A DNA stretch of 64,000 nt from Christensenellales bacterium (lineage in GTDB: Bacteria > Bacillota > Clostridia > Christensenellales > UBA3700): contig JBJETR010000072.1 of assembly GCA_051883415.1 (NCBI GenBank), forward strand, positions 118,217 to 182,216, written 5' to 3'. Below the pieces are notes generated by a model that saw nothing but the letters and a program-made list of their open reading frames with translations, was not told where the DNA came from and did not search any database. The position numbers and the translations under genes are program-made. Position 1 is the stretch's first letter, and every line of letters begins with the position of its first letter. This document shows, one piece after another, positions 9,288-17,954 of the stretch.

Positions 9288-11242
9288 CTTATTTCGCTAC
9301 CCGACTTCATCTTGGTAGCAGGTGATATGAGGGTGAGGTTGCCCTCGTCGTCGCTTGCGCAAAGCACCATGCCTTGCGACTCTATGCCACGGAGCTTGAC
9401 AGACTTGAGGTTGGTGACTACCACCACTTGTTTGTCCACCATTTCTTCAGGGGTGTAATACTTGGCAATTCCGCTGACAATAGTGCGCAAACTTCCCTCG
9501 CCGAGGTCGACCTTGCTACAAAGTAACTTGTCCGCCTTAGGCACCTTTTCGCACTCTACAATCGTACCGACTTTGAGTTGTACCTTTTCGAATTCTTCGA
9601 TACCGATTTGTTGAATAGTAACTGCGTTTTCCACTTGTTTCTCTTCCTTTGCTTTAGCTTGTTTCATTTGTTCTTCTATTAAGCCGTCCATATACGCCAG
9701 CTCTTTGTTGAGATCGTATCTCACGAAGAGCGCTTCGCCCTTGTCCACCGTAGTGCCGACTTTGGTTGCACCAAAGGTTGATAGCGAATCAAAACTCTTG
9801 AGCGCCTCGTCCTCGATACCTAGCTTAGCAAAAATCTTGTCGGGCGTCTTGGTGAGGAAAGGTCTAAGCGTGGTTGCCACATATCTTATCGCCTCGCACA
9901 AATTGTACATAACCGTAGCAAGCCTTACCTTACCTTCCTCGCTCTTGGCAAGTATCCAAGGCGTGGTTTCGTCGATATATTTGTTGGCTCTTTGGATTAC
10001 TTCCCATATATGCTCTAGTGCTTGAGGCACGGCAAGCTCATCGACGTCTTTGCACAATTTGCCGTACAAGCCTTCGCATAGCTCTTTGAGCTCGACATCA
10101 ATAGGTTGTTGTTCGTTAGGACTAGGAATTTGCCCGCCAAAGTACTGCGTCACCATTGCCGTAACTCTCGATACGAGATTGCCGAGCTCGTTGGTCAAGT
10201 CGCTATTGATACGCTTGATAAAGCTCTCATTGGTATAACTGCCGTCTTGTCCAAACTGCACTTCTCTAAGCATATAATATCTGAGAGCATCTACTCCGTA
10301 TCTGTCGCACAAGATAAACGGATCTACCACGTTGCCTTTGGACTTGCTCATCTTGTCTGTGCCAAACTTGAGCCAACCGTGTCCGTATACCTTCTTTGGA
10401 AGAGGTATGTCGAGTGCCATCAAGATTGCAGGCCATATAATAGAGTGGAATCTAATGATTTCTTTGCCCATCATGTGGATATCGGCAGGCCAATATTTGT
10501 CAAACAAAGTTGTGTCGTCACTGCCGTAACCGAGTGCCGTGATATAGTTGGTGAGAGCGTCAAGCCATACGTAAACTACGTGCTTTGGATCAAAAGGTAC
10601 TTTGATACCCCAATCGAACGACGTCCTCGATACGCACAAATCTTGAAGTCCCGGTCTTAAGAAGTTGTTTAGCATCTCGTTTTGACGAGATACGGGTTGC
10701 AAAAAGTCAGGATTTTCTTCTATGAGTTTGATAATTCTATCTTGATATTTGCTCATCTTGAAGAAGTAGCTCTCTTCTTTCATGAGTTCAACCGGTCTGC
10801 CACAGTCGGGGCATTTGCCGTCAACGAGCTGCGACTTGGTCCAAAAGGCTTCGCAAGGGGTGCAATACCAACCCTCGTATTCGCTCTTGTAGATGTCGCC
10901 TTGCTCGTAGAGCTTGTTGAAAATCTTTTGCACTGCCTTCTCGTGGTATTCGTCGGTGGTGCGGATAAATTTGTCGTAAGAGATGTCGAGGAGCTTCCAA
11001 AGGTCCTTAAGTTCTCCGACGATTTTGTCAATATATTCTTTTACAGGGACGCCCGCCGCTTGAGCTACCTTCTGAATCTTTTGTCCGTGCTCGTCGGTAC
11101 CCGTCAAATAAAAGACGTCCACGCCTTGCATTCGTTTGAAACGAGCGATTGCGTCGCAAACGATTGTCGTATAGCAAGTGCCGATATGCCACTTGCCGCT
11201 TGGATAATAGATTGGTGTGGTAATATAAAATTTTTCTGCCAT
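9284..11242 (-). CDS. metG: Methionine--tRNA ligase with C-terminal tRNA-binding (EMAP/Trbp111-like) domain
   Basis: 652 aa. Contains the KMSKSKGN motif, a HIGH-region variant (PSGKWHIGT), the zinc knuckle CTPCE..CPDCG, and a C-terminal OB-fold segment (VGTIVECEKVPKADKLL). Confidence 0.96.
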   Translation of the reverse strand: MAEKFYITTPIYYPSGKWHIGTCYTTIVCDAIARFKRMQGVDVFYLTGTDEHGQKIQKVAQAAGVPVKEYIDKIVGELKDLWKLLDISYDKFIRTTDEYHEKAVQKIFNKLYEQGDIYKSEYEGWYCTPCEAFWTKSQLVDGKCPDCGRPVELMKEESYFFKMSKYQDRIIKLIEENPDFLQPVSRQNEMLNNFLRPGLQDLCVSRTSFDWGIKVPFDPKHVVYVWLDALTNYITALGYGSDDTTLFDKYWPADIHMMGKEIIRFHSIIWPAILMALDIPLPKKVYGHGWLKFGTDKMSKSKGNVVDPFILCDRYGVDALRYYMLREVQFGQDGSYTNESFIKRINSDLTNELGNLVSRVTAMVTQYFGGQIPSPNEQQPIDVELKELCEGLYGKLCKDVDELAVPQALEHIWEVIQRANKYIDETTPWILAKSEEGKVRLATVMYNLCEAIRYVATTLRPFLTKTPDKIFAKLGIEDEALKSFDSLSTFGATKVGTTVDKGEALFVRYDLNKELAYMDGLIEEQMKQAKAKEEKQVENAVTIQQIGIEEFEKVQLKVGTIVECEKVPKADKLLCSKVDLGEGSLRTIVSGIAKYYTPEEMVDKQVVVVTNLKSVKLRGIESQGMVLCASDDEGNLTLISPATKMKSGSEIR

Positions 11243-11381
11243 ATTGTTCTCCTTTGACAGGTTGATTGCCTTATATTTTATATATTATATACTTTTATTT
11301 TGAGATTGTAAAATAATATTGCCTCAATAACGCATTTTTGATGACTATAGTGCCAAAATAATCTTATACAAAGCCTCTCAC

Positions 11382-11410
11382 TTGACTTATATACGCCACT
11401 TTGGTATGAT
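11382..11410 (+). promoter_or_regulatory. Sigma-A promoter for the MFS transporter (TTGACT-17 nt-TGgTATGAT, extended -10)
   Basis: TTGACT at 11382..11387 and TATGAT at 11405..11410, with TG at 11402..11403. About 22 nt upstream of the ATG at 11433. Confidence 0.65.
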
Positions 11411-11432
11411 ACTGTTTGGCAAATAAGAAAAA

Positions 11433-12686
11433 ATGAAAAATCTAACTTACAAATCTACTCTCCATAGCTGTTACGTAGCGTATATAGTGCAAGCGACTAT
11501 AGTCAACCTTGCACCTATTTTGTTTGCTATTTTTCAAGACGGATACGGGTTAAGCCTATCTCTTCTTTCGGCTTTGGTACTAGTCAACTTTTCTTTTCAA
11601 TTGCTAATAGACCTGTTTGCCGCCAAAATCACCGACGTACTCAAGTTTAGAGGCACTATGATATTTGCCCTAACTTTGACAATAATCGGGCTGATTTTGC
11701 TGGGCACGTTGCCTAGAGTGATGACGCACTCGTTTTTGGCGATATTCATAGCCACGTTCGTTTATTCCATTGGCGGTGGTTTGCTAGAAGCCGTCGTCAG
11801 TCCGCTCACCGACGCACTTCCTCTTGGCGAAAAGCACGGTGCAATGGCACTTTTGCACTCCTTCTACTGTTGGGGACAATTAGGCGTAGTATTACTTTCT
11901 ACGTTATTTATCAAGGTGTTCGGCGGTGACAATTGGTATATATTGCCGTATATTTGGGCGATTATTCCTCTAGCCAATCTAATTATGTTTTTGTTCGTTC
12001 CGCTAGTAAACCCCGTGTCTTCTAAGGAGCGTACACCCGTGCGAAAGCTCGTTGCCTCGCCACTATTCATACTTGCATTCCTCGCAATGGTGTTTAGCGG
12101 TGCAAGCGAAGCGATAATAGCGCAATGGTCGTCACTATTTGCCGAGAAGGGGCTTGGGGTGAGCAAGTTCGTAGGAGATTTGCTCGGTCCATGCTTCTTT
12201 GCATTGCTTATGGCTCTCGGCAGAGTGTTTTTCGGACTATTCAGCAACAGGATAAATCTCGAAAAACTACTAAAAATCAGTTCTTTTTCCGCAATAATTT
12301 GCTATCTACTGACGGCGCTCGTGCCTTTGCAGATAATATCGCTTCTTGCTTGCGGATTTACGGGATTGACGGTGGCTCTCTTGTGGCCGGGCACGCTTAG
12401 CAACACTGCGGAGAGATTTCCGCTTGGCGGAACCATGCTATTCGGTCTACTCGCCTTTGCGGGCGACCTCGGTTGCACGATAGGTCCCGCTCTGTCGGGA
12501 ATGATTGCCGACGCTATCGTCAACAGCCCCGATATGCAAGCCCTCGCTATCGACCTTGGCATCGGCATCGAAGGCTTGGGGCTTAGAGGGGGAATATTGA
12601 TTTCGACCATATTTCCTATAGCCTTGTTCGTCTGCCAAATTATCGGCTCTAAGATATCGAAAAAGTCGCAAAATATTGCAAAGTAA
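11433..12686 (+). CDS. MFS transporter (12-TM-like), substrate unknown
   Basis: 417 aa, hydrophobic throughout with two 6-TM halves. No specific subfamily recognised. Confidence 0.8.
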   Translation: MKNLTYKSTLHSCYVAYIVQATIVNLAPILFAIFQDGYGLSLSLLSALVLVNFSFQLLIDLFAAKITDVLKFRGTMIFALTLTIIGLILLGTLPRVMTHSFLAIFIATFVYSIGGGLLEAVVSPLTDALPLGEKHGAMALLHSFYCWGQLGVVLLSTLFIKVFGGDNWYILPYIWAIIPLANLIMFLFVPLVNPVSSKERTPVRKLVASPLFILAFLAMVFSGASEAIIAQWSSLFAEKGLGVSKFVGDLLGPCFFALLMALGRVFFGLFSNRINLEKLLKISSFSAIICYLLTALVPLQIISLLACGFTGLTVALLWPGTLSNTAERFPLGGTMLFGLLAFAGDLGCTIGPALSGMIADAIVNSPDMQALAIDLGIGIEGLGLRGGILISTIFPIALFVCQIIGSKISKKSQNIAK

Positions 12687-12848
12687 CACCCGACAATAAT
12701 TTTGTAAGTTGTCAATCAAGCTCGACTTAGAGTAATTTGATTGCAAAAAATAATATACTTTACAAAAAAATTTTTTATGATACTTGCTATATATACCTAT
12801 TATGTATTATAATAATTGCTGTGAGAATTCCACAATGGAGGAACTAAA

Positions 12849-14036
12849 ATGAAAACTATCGGAACAATTTCCAGAGGTATCAAAGCCCCTATCATCAAGA
12901 CGGGCGATGACTTGGCTACTATCGTAGTTGACTCGGTGCTTGCCGCAAGCAAAGAAGGCAAGTTTGAATTGCAAGACAAAGACGTCGTTGCTATGACCGA
13001 GGCTATCGTGGGTAGAGCGCAAGGCAACTACGCTACGCTTGACCAAATCGCCAAAGACGTCAAGACTAAGACGGGTGGCGAAACCGTAGGACTTATCTTC
13101 CCTATCATGTCGAGAAATAGATTTTCTATGATTCTCAAAGCCATCGCTATGGGCGTCAAGAAACTCATCATTCAATTGTCCTACCCTTCCGACGAAGTGG
13201 GCAACCCACTTATCCCAATGGATATCATCGACGAAAAGGGCGTCAACCCATATACCGACGTGTTCGACGAAGAAAAATACTACGCTACCTTTGGCAAAAT
13301 ATTGCATCCGTTTACGGGACTCGATTATATCGAACTATACAAAAATATGGCAGGCGAATTTTGCGATTGTAAGATTATACTTGCCAACAATCCAAAGGCT
13401 ATCTTGCAATACACCGACGTGGTTATCAACGCGGACATTCATACCCGCAACCGTACCAAACGCATCTTGAAAGAAGCAGGTGCGTCTAAGGTCTTCAACC
13501 TAGCCGACTTTATGACCGAGAGTGTGGACGGAAGCGGTTACAACGCAGACTACGGTCTGTACGGAAGCAACCTCGCTACCGACAACTCAATCAAACTCTT
13601 CCCAAGAGACGGACAAATTTTGGTAGACAAAGTAGCCGCTATCTTCAAAGAAAAGACAGGCAAAAATATCGAAGTTATGATTTACGGCGACGGTGCATTC
13701 AAAGATCCAATCGGCGGAATTTGGGAGCTTGCCGATCCTGTCGTTTCCCCTGCTCACACCGCAGGTTTGATAGGTAGACCTAACGAACTCAAGCTCAAAT
13801 ACCTTGCAGACAACGCAATCGGCGACCTCAAGGGTGAAGACGCCAAGAAGGCAATGCAAGACCTCATCAAAGCCAAAAAGGAAGACCTCACGGCAGATAT
13901 GGCTTCGCAAGGTACTACGCCAAGACGCCTTACCGACTTGCTCGGCAGTCTGTGCGACCTCACTAGCGGAAGCGGTGACAAGGGTACTCCTATTATCCTT
14001 ATCCAAAACTACTTCACCAACTACGCTAACGACTAA
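12849..14036 (+). CDS. CofE-like (F420-0:gamma-glutamyl ligase family) domain protein, long form
   Basis: 395 aa. The N-terminus IKAPIIKTGDDLATIVVDSV...DKDVVAMTEAIVGRAQGN resembles the CofE/F420_ligase fold signature. The assignment comes from pattern memory, not an alignment. Confidence 0.55.
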   Translation: MKTIGTISRGIKAPIIKTGDDLATIVVDSVLAASKEGKFELQDKDVVAMTEAIVGRAQGNYATLDQIAKDVKTKTGGETVGLIFPIMSRNRFSMILKAIAMGVKKLIIQLSYPSDEVGNPLIPMDIIDEKGVNPYTDVFDEEKYYATFGKILHPFTGLDYIELYKNMAGEFCDCKIILANNPKAILQYTDVVINADIHTRNRTKRILKEAGASKVFNLADFMTESVDGSGYNADYGLYGSNLATDNSIKLFPRDGQILVDKVAAIFKEKTGKNIEVMIYGDGAFKDPIGGIWELADPVVSPAHTAGLIGRPNELKLKYLADNAIGDLKGEDAKKAMQDLIKAKKEDLTADMASQGTTPRRLTDLLGSLCDLTSGSGDKGTPIILIQNYFTNYAND

Positions 14037-14051
14037 TTACTAACAAAAGAT

Positions 14052-14078
14052 TGCACGCCTAATCGGCGTGCATTTTTG
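14052..14078 (+). terminator. Rho-independent terminator after the CofE-like gene
   Basis: TGCACGCC (14052..14059), 5-nt loop, GGCGTGCA (14065..14072), then TTTTT. Confidence 0.85.
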
Positions 14079-14163
14079 TATCAAAATAGTAGTATTGGTT
14101 GGCAAGACCTAAAATTAAACTTAGACAAAATCGACAAAAACTCGATACTTATCAACAATTTGA

Positions 14164-14191
14164 CAAAAAAGGCTCGCATATATTGCGAGCC
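14164..14191 (-). terminator. Rho-independent terminator after purC
   Basis: GGCTCGCA (14171..14178), loop TATAT, TGCGAGCC (14184..14191). An A-run at 14165..14170 gives the U-tract on the minus strand. Confidence 0.85.
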
Positions 14192-14213
14192 TTTTGATTG
14201 CTATGTGATATTA

Positions 14214-14897
14214 TTATTTGCCTAGAATCATTGCGGTGAGGTCCACAGGATCAACGATTTTGCCGTCCTTGTATACTCTCATATTGCCCGAAGCGATTTC
14301 GTCAATGAGGATAACTTCGTCGTTGTTGTAACCGAACTCAAATTTGATATCCCACAACTCGAGTCCCTTCTTGGCTAGCTCGTCAGCTACGATTTTGGTG
14401 ATAGCCAAAGTTTGCTCTTTCATACTGTCGAACATCTTTTGGTCCATAATGCCAAGCACTGCCAAGCCTTCGCTGGTGACGAGCGGATCACCCTTAGCGT
14501 CGTTCTTGAAAGTAGTCTCTACGTAACCACCCTCAATCTTGGTGCCGTCCTCGATATAGTCGCCGTATCTACGTACAAAACTTCCCGTTGCTACGAGTCT
14601 GCAAATAACCTCGAGTCCTTTGCCAAACACGGTTGCAGGCAACACTTCCATAGTGGCGTTGTCAATATCTGCACTCACGTAGTGAGTCTTGATACCTGCT
14701 TTTTTCAAAATTTCAAAGAACATAATAGACACTTCGAGATTGGCTTTGCCAATGCCTTCGATAGTAAGCCCAACGGTGTTCTCACCCGGATCGAACACAC
14801 CGTCTTTTCCCGTGCAATCGTCTTTAAATTTGAGCAAATAATTGCCATTGTCCAAAGCAAATACGTCTTTCGTCTTACCTGTGTAAATCTTTTTCAT
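14214..14897 (-). CDS. purC: Phosphoribosylaminoimidazole-succinocarboxamide synthase
   Basis: SAICAR synthetase pattern ([17 protein letters not shown]). Start taken at [10 protein letters not shown] (14897), preceded by AAGGAGAAAGAA. The track start at 14942 adds 15 aa with no RBS. Confidence 0.92.
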   Translation of the reverse strand: MKKIYTGKTKDVFALDNGNYLLKFKDDCTGKDGVFDPGENTVGLTIEGIGKANLEVSIMFFEILKKAGIKTHYVSADIDNATMEVLPATVFGKGLEVICRLVATGSFVRRYGDYIEDGTKIEGGYVETTFKNDAKGDPLVTSEGLAVLGIMDQKMFDSMKEQTLAITKIVADELAKKGLELWDIKFEFGYNNDEVILIDEIASGNMRVYKDGKIVDPVDLTAMILGK

Positions 14898-15044
14898 TTC
14901 TTTCTCCTTAAAGCTATGATTGTTTGGTCTTGCAACCGACACTTATTTTATACCACAAATCCTTACCTCTTGGCAAATTGATGAATATAGTTTTTTGAAA
15001 AATTATTAGTATTATTATTAATATACGCTATCGCTTACACCAAC

Positions 15045-15080
15045 AAAAAAGTTGCACTTGCTATAATATTCAAGTGCAAC
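15045..15080 (-). terminator. Rho-independent terminator after desulfoferrodoxin
   Basis: GTTGCACTTG (15051..15060), 10-nt loop, CAAGTGCAAC (15071..15080). The A-run at 15045..15050 gives the U-tract on the minus strand. Confidence 0.8.
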
Positions 15081-15145
15081 GTAACAGCAAGCCAACTCGA
15101 CCGCTGTAGCAGTCTACGTGTCGGCAATATTTGCAATTATGCTCC

Positions 15146-15523
15146 TTAAGCCATAGGTAGTTTAGTCATCCACAAGCCGTGCAAGTTGCAATATGCGTAT
15201 ACCGCAATAGGCTTTTCGTCCACCAAAGAGAAGGTAACTTGCGGATATCCGCCGCATTTCTTTCGTTGAGCGCCCTTGGTCGTCTCCAAGCACACCCATT
15301 GGATATAGTGCTCTGGTGTCATAGGATGAGGCACAACGCCCACGTTGACTTTGACGAGATTGCCGTCAATGGTTACGTCGGGCAAATGTTTCTCTGCTCC
15401 GCTCTCTTCCTTACTTGCCACGAGCTGAGTCATAGGCTCTCCGCAACATTGCATCACTACGCCGGAATTGTTGATCATTCCAACAAAATTGCCACACTTT
15501 TTGCAAATAAAAAACTTTTTCAT
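15146..15523 (-). CDS. dfx: Desulfoferrodoxin (2Fe superoxide reductase)
   Basis: 125 aa. N-terminal desulforedoxin CxxC...CC motif (CKKCGNFV...QCCGEPM) and the SOR centre II region (HPMTPEHYIQW, CNLHGLW). Confidence 0.93.
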   Translation of the reverse strand: MKKFFICKKCGNFVGMINNSGVVMQCCGEPMTQLVASKEESGAEKHLPDVTIDGNLVKVNVGVVPHPMTPEHYIQWVCLETTKGAQRKKCGGYPQVTFSLVDEKPIAVYAYCNLHGLWMTKLPMA

Positions 15524-15609
15524 AAAAACTCCCCCTGTTTTTATTGAACGACTCCCCTTATAGCACCAAGATCGTGATGCAAAAGTTTGTCTATCATCTT
15601 ATTGATTAT

Positions 15610-15637
15610 ATTATAGCACAATATAATATGTTGTCAA
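15610..15637 (-). promoter_or_regulatory. Sigma-A promoter of dfx (TTGACA-16 nt-TGcTATAAT)
   Basis: On the plus strand TGTCAA is at 15632..15637 and ATTATA at 15610..15615. An 8-bp inverted repeat overlaps it (see findings). Confidence 0.65.
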
Positions 15638-15800
15638 TATGCGACTTCGTTCGTTGTCAACACAAATTTTGCGACAAAATACGACTTACCCAAGCCGATA
15701 GCGTATCACTTGATACAACCATATCCTCCAACTGCTAAGGTATCAAAAAAAGTAGGGCAACCCTACTTTTTTGTTATTTCTTACGAGTTCGATAGACGAC

Positions 15801-16742
15801 CTACTTGTTTTTGAGTTTCATCACTTCTTTTGCCTTAGCGACGATGTCCTCGGCAGTCATCTTATATATTTGTTTGAGATATGGCAACTTGCCTACTTCG
15901 CCGAAGGTGTCAGGCACGCCTATTGGCAACACAGGAGTAGGCATGCTCGTAGCAAGCACTTCGGATACCGCACTAAAAAGTCCGCCGATGATATTGTGGT
16001 TCTCCGCAGTGACTGCACAACCCGTCTTGGCTACCGACTTGACGATTGTATCCTTGTCGATAGGTTTGATGGTATGTACGTTGATAATCTCGGCGTCGAT
16101 GCCCTCTGCCTTCAACAAATCCATTGCCTTGACAGTCTCTTGCACCATTATTCCCGTACAGAAAATCGTGACGTCCTTGCCCTCTTTGATAGTATCGGCT
16201 TTGAACAAATCGAACTTGTAGTCGTCGCCGAATACGTCGTCAATCTTTTTGCGGAAAAGTCTGATATATACCGTCTTGCCGAGATTTGCTATGATTGGCA
16301 ATGCTTGTTTGAGTTGCACGGTGTCGACAGGCTCGAAGATTACTATGCCCGATATGCTTCTGAGTACGCCGATATCTTCCATACCCATGTGCGTTCCTCC
16401 GTTGATTTCCGCACAAATGCCGGGATCCGTACCTACGATAGTTATAGGTTGCTTAGCGTAGCAAGAAGACAATGTTATTTGGTCACATACTCTACGAGAA
16501 ACGAAAGGCGTAAACGAGGTGATAAACGGCTTGTATCCGTAACTTGCCATACCCGAAGCGATAGACACCATATTTTGTTCTGCGATACCTACGTCAATGG
16601 CTCTGTCAGGGAAGTCCTTTCTAAGTCCCCAAGTGCCGCTTGCTTTGGCAAGGTCTGCATCGATAACCACGACCTTTGGATCTTTTTCCATCATCTCTTT
16701 GAGTTGCTGAGCCAAAACGGCTCTCATTTCCATATCCGCCAT
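15801..16742 (-). CDS. Transketolase, C-terminal (pyrimidine-binding) subunit
   Basis: 313 aa. Split-transketolase B-subunit pattern (IDVGIAEQNMV, GGTHMGMEDI). Starts 1 nt after the N-terminal subunit. Confidence 0.93.
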   Translation of the reverse strand: MADMEMRAVLAQQLKEMMEKDPKVVVIDADLAKASGTWGLRKDFPDRAIDVGIAEQNMVSIASGMASYGYKPFITSFTPFVSRRVCDQITLSSCYAKQPITIVGTDPGICAEINGGTHMGMEDIGVLRSISGIVIFEPVDTVQLKQALPIIANLGKTVYIRLFRKKIDDVFGDDYKFDLFKADTIKEGKDVTIFCTGIMVQETVKAMDLLKAEGIDAEIINVHTIKPIDKDTIVKSVAKTGCAVTAENHNIIGGLFSAVSEVLATSMPTPVLPIGVPDTFGEVGKLPYLKQIYKMTAEDIVAKAKEVMKLKNK

Positions 16743-16743
16743 A

Positions 16744-17553
16744 TTACGCTCTCCTAATTTCTTCTATATATTTTTCGACGTCTTCCCAAAGCATCGGCAT
16801 ACTGTGGTTGCCGTAGCCCTTGTCTTCGATATATTTGACGCCCTTGCCCTTGATAGTGTTGGCGATAATCATAGTAGGTCTATCTTGGCAAGCCTTAGCG
16901 TTAGCGATAGCGTCGTCGATTTGGTCAAAGTCGTGTCCGTCGATAACGACCACGTTCCAACCAAAGCTCTCCCACTTCTTGTTGAGAGGCTCCAAAGAAT
17001 TGACGTCGTCGGTGTTGCCGTCTATCTGCATCTTGTTGTAATCGGTAAAGGCAATGAGATTGTTGAGCTTGGCTTGTGCGGCGAACATACCCGCCTCCCA
17101 AATCTGTCCTTCTTGACTCTCGCCGTCGCCGATAATAGCGTAGATATATGCGCCGTCCTTATCGAGCTTGCTTGCCAAAGCAATGCCGACTGCACAGCTA
17201 AAGCCTTGTCCCAAAGAGCCTGTGGTCATATCTATACCAATGGTCTTGTTCATATCGCAGTGGCTAGGAAGATTGGTGCCCGAGTGGTTGAGAGTAAGAA
17301 GCTCCGCCTTGTCAAAATAACCTTTGTTGGCAAGAGTTGCGTAAACCGCAGGACCTGCGTGCCCCTTAGAACATACAAGTCTGTCTCTACCCGCCATGTG
17401 AGGATTGGTAGGATCGATATTCATGTGTTTGTAGTACAAACTGACCAAAATTTCTACAATAGACAGACAACCGCCGATGTGTCCTACGCCTATCGAAGCA
17501 ATACACTTGCACGTGTCTTCTCTGATTATTTTGCAAATTTCTTCTCTTTGCAT
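16744..17553 (-). CDS. Transketolase, N-terminal (TPP-binding) subunit
   Basis: 269 aa. Motifs GHIGGCLS, SKGHAGPA and GDGESQEGQIWEA. Confidence 0.93.
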   Translation of the reverse strand: MQREEICKIIREDTCKCIASIGVGHIGGCLSIVEILVSLYYKHMNIDPTNPHMAGRDRLVCSKGHAGPAVYATLANKGYFDKAELLTLNHSGTNLPSHCDMNKTIGIDMTTGSLGQGFSCAVGIALASKLDKDGAYIYAIIGDGESQEGQIWEAGMFAAQAKLNNLIAFTDYNKMQIDGNTDDVNSLEPLNKKWESFGWNVVVIDGHDFDQIDDAIANAKACQDRPTMIIANTIKGKGVKYIEDKGYGNHSMPMLWEDVEKYIEEIRRA

Positions 17554-17709
17554 ATCCTGCTCCTTTGGTACAGATAAAAAAATTTGTCAAACCAAAAAGT
17601 ATTCGACAAATTCCTCCTTTTTCTTATAAATCTATAATATTATATACCAAATATTTTGTCAAGCAAAGCAGTGCACCCAACCTATATATCCGCACAAGTT
17701 TTTTGGTAC

Positions 17710-17738
17710 TTGACAAACTCTAACTCGTAGCATATAAT
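17710..17738 (+). promoter_or_regulatory. Perfect-consensus sigma-A promoter (TTGACA-17 nt-TATAAT) driving the riboswitch-CDF unit
   Basis: TTGACA at 17710..17715 and TATAAT at 17733..17738, with a 17-nt spacer. Confidence 0.75.
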
Positions 17739-17775
17739 ATAGTAAACTCTTTGCACTGCATACAATCTACAGTAC

Positions 17776-17881
17776 AAACTGAGCAGACCGTGAATTATCA
17801 TGGAGTCGGGTTACGTAAGTGACAGTGGAATTATCATCCACGGGACAGTAGTTGCTATTACTGATTCGTGGGTGTTTTTTT
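17776..17881 (+). promoter_or_regulatory. czcD-motif (NiCo) metal riboswitch with an intrinsic terminator expression platform
   Basis: ACUGAGCAG (17778..17786) opens P1. A hairpin CCGUGA/UCAUGG follows, then AGUCGGGU, GUGACAGUGG, a GUGG/CCAC hairpin, and GGGACAGU (17842..17849) closing P1. This matches the conserved blocks I remember for the NiCo four-way junction. The terminator arm CCACGGGACAGUA...UACUG..CGUGG plus U7 (17875..17881) reuses the 3' aptamer strand. A CDF exporter lies downstream. Confidence 0.7.
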
Positions 17882-17954
17882 ATACTTTTTTCGAAGTTAT
17901 AACCAATACCCTCAATAAGTGATAAGAGTTATCTTATATTTGGAGGTAACGTAT

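Noticed and set aside
11243-11432. Possible T-box leader upstream of metG
   Set aside because: Read on the minus strand, the ~190-nt region is AT-rich. It shows no T-box sequence (AAUUAGGGUGGUACCGCG-like), no specifier-loop/terminator architecture, and only ~40 nt before the RBS. The clearest element here is the plus-strand promoter of the MFS gene.
14080-14170. Reiterated GACAAAA motifs and a TTATCAACA (DnaA-box-like) sequence between the convergent CofE-like and purC genes
   Set aside because: There is a single one-mismatch DnaA-like box with no cluster and no adjacent AT-rich unwinding element or dnaA gene. The GACAAAA reiterations are low-complexity A-rich spacer between two terminators.
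14898-15050. Possible purine or ZTP riboswitch upstream of purC
   Set aside because: The minus-strand leader lacks the purine-aptamer blocks (UAUAAU...GGUUUCUACC...ACUAUG-type three-way junction). It also lacks the ZTP GGGUCGUGAC...CCGCCUGGGCA blocks. I found only unremarkable short stems.
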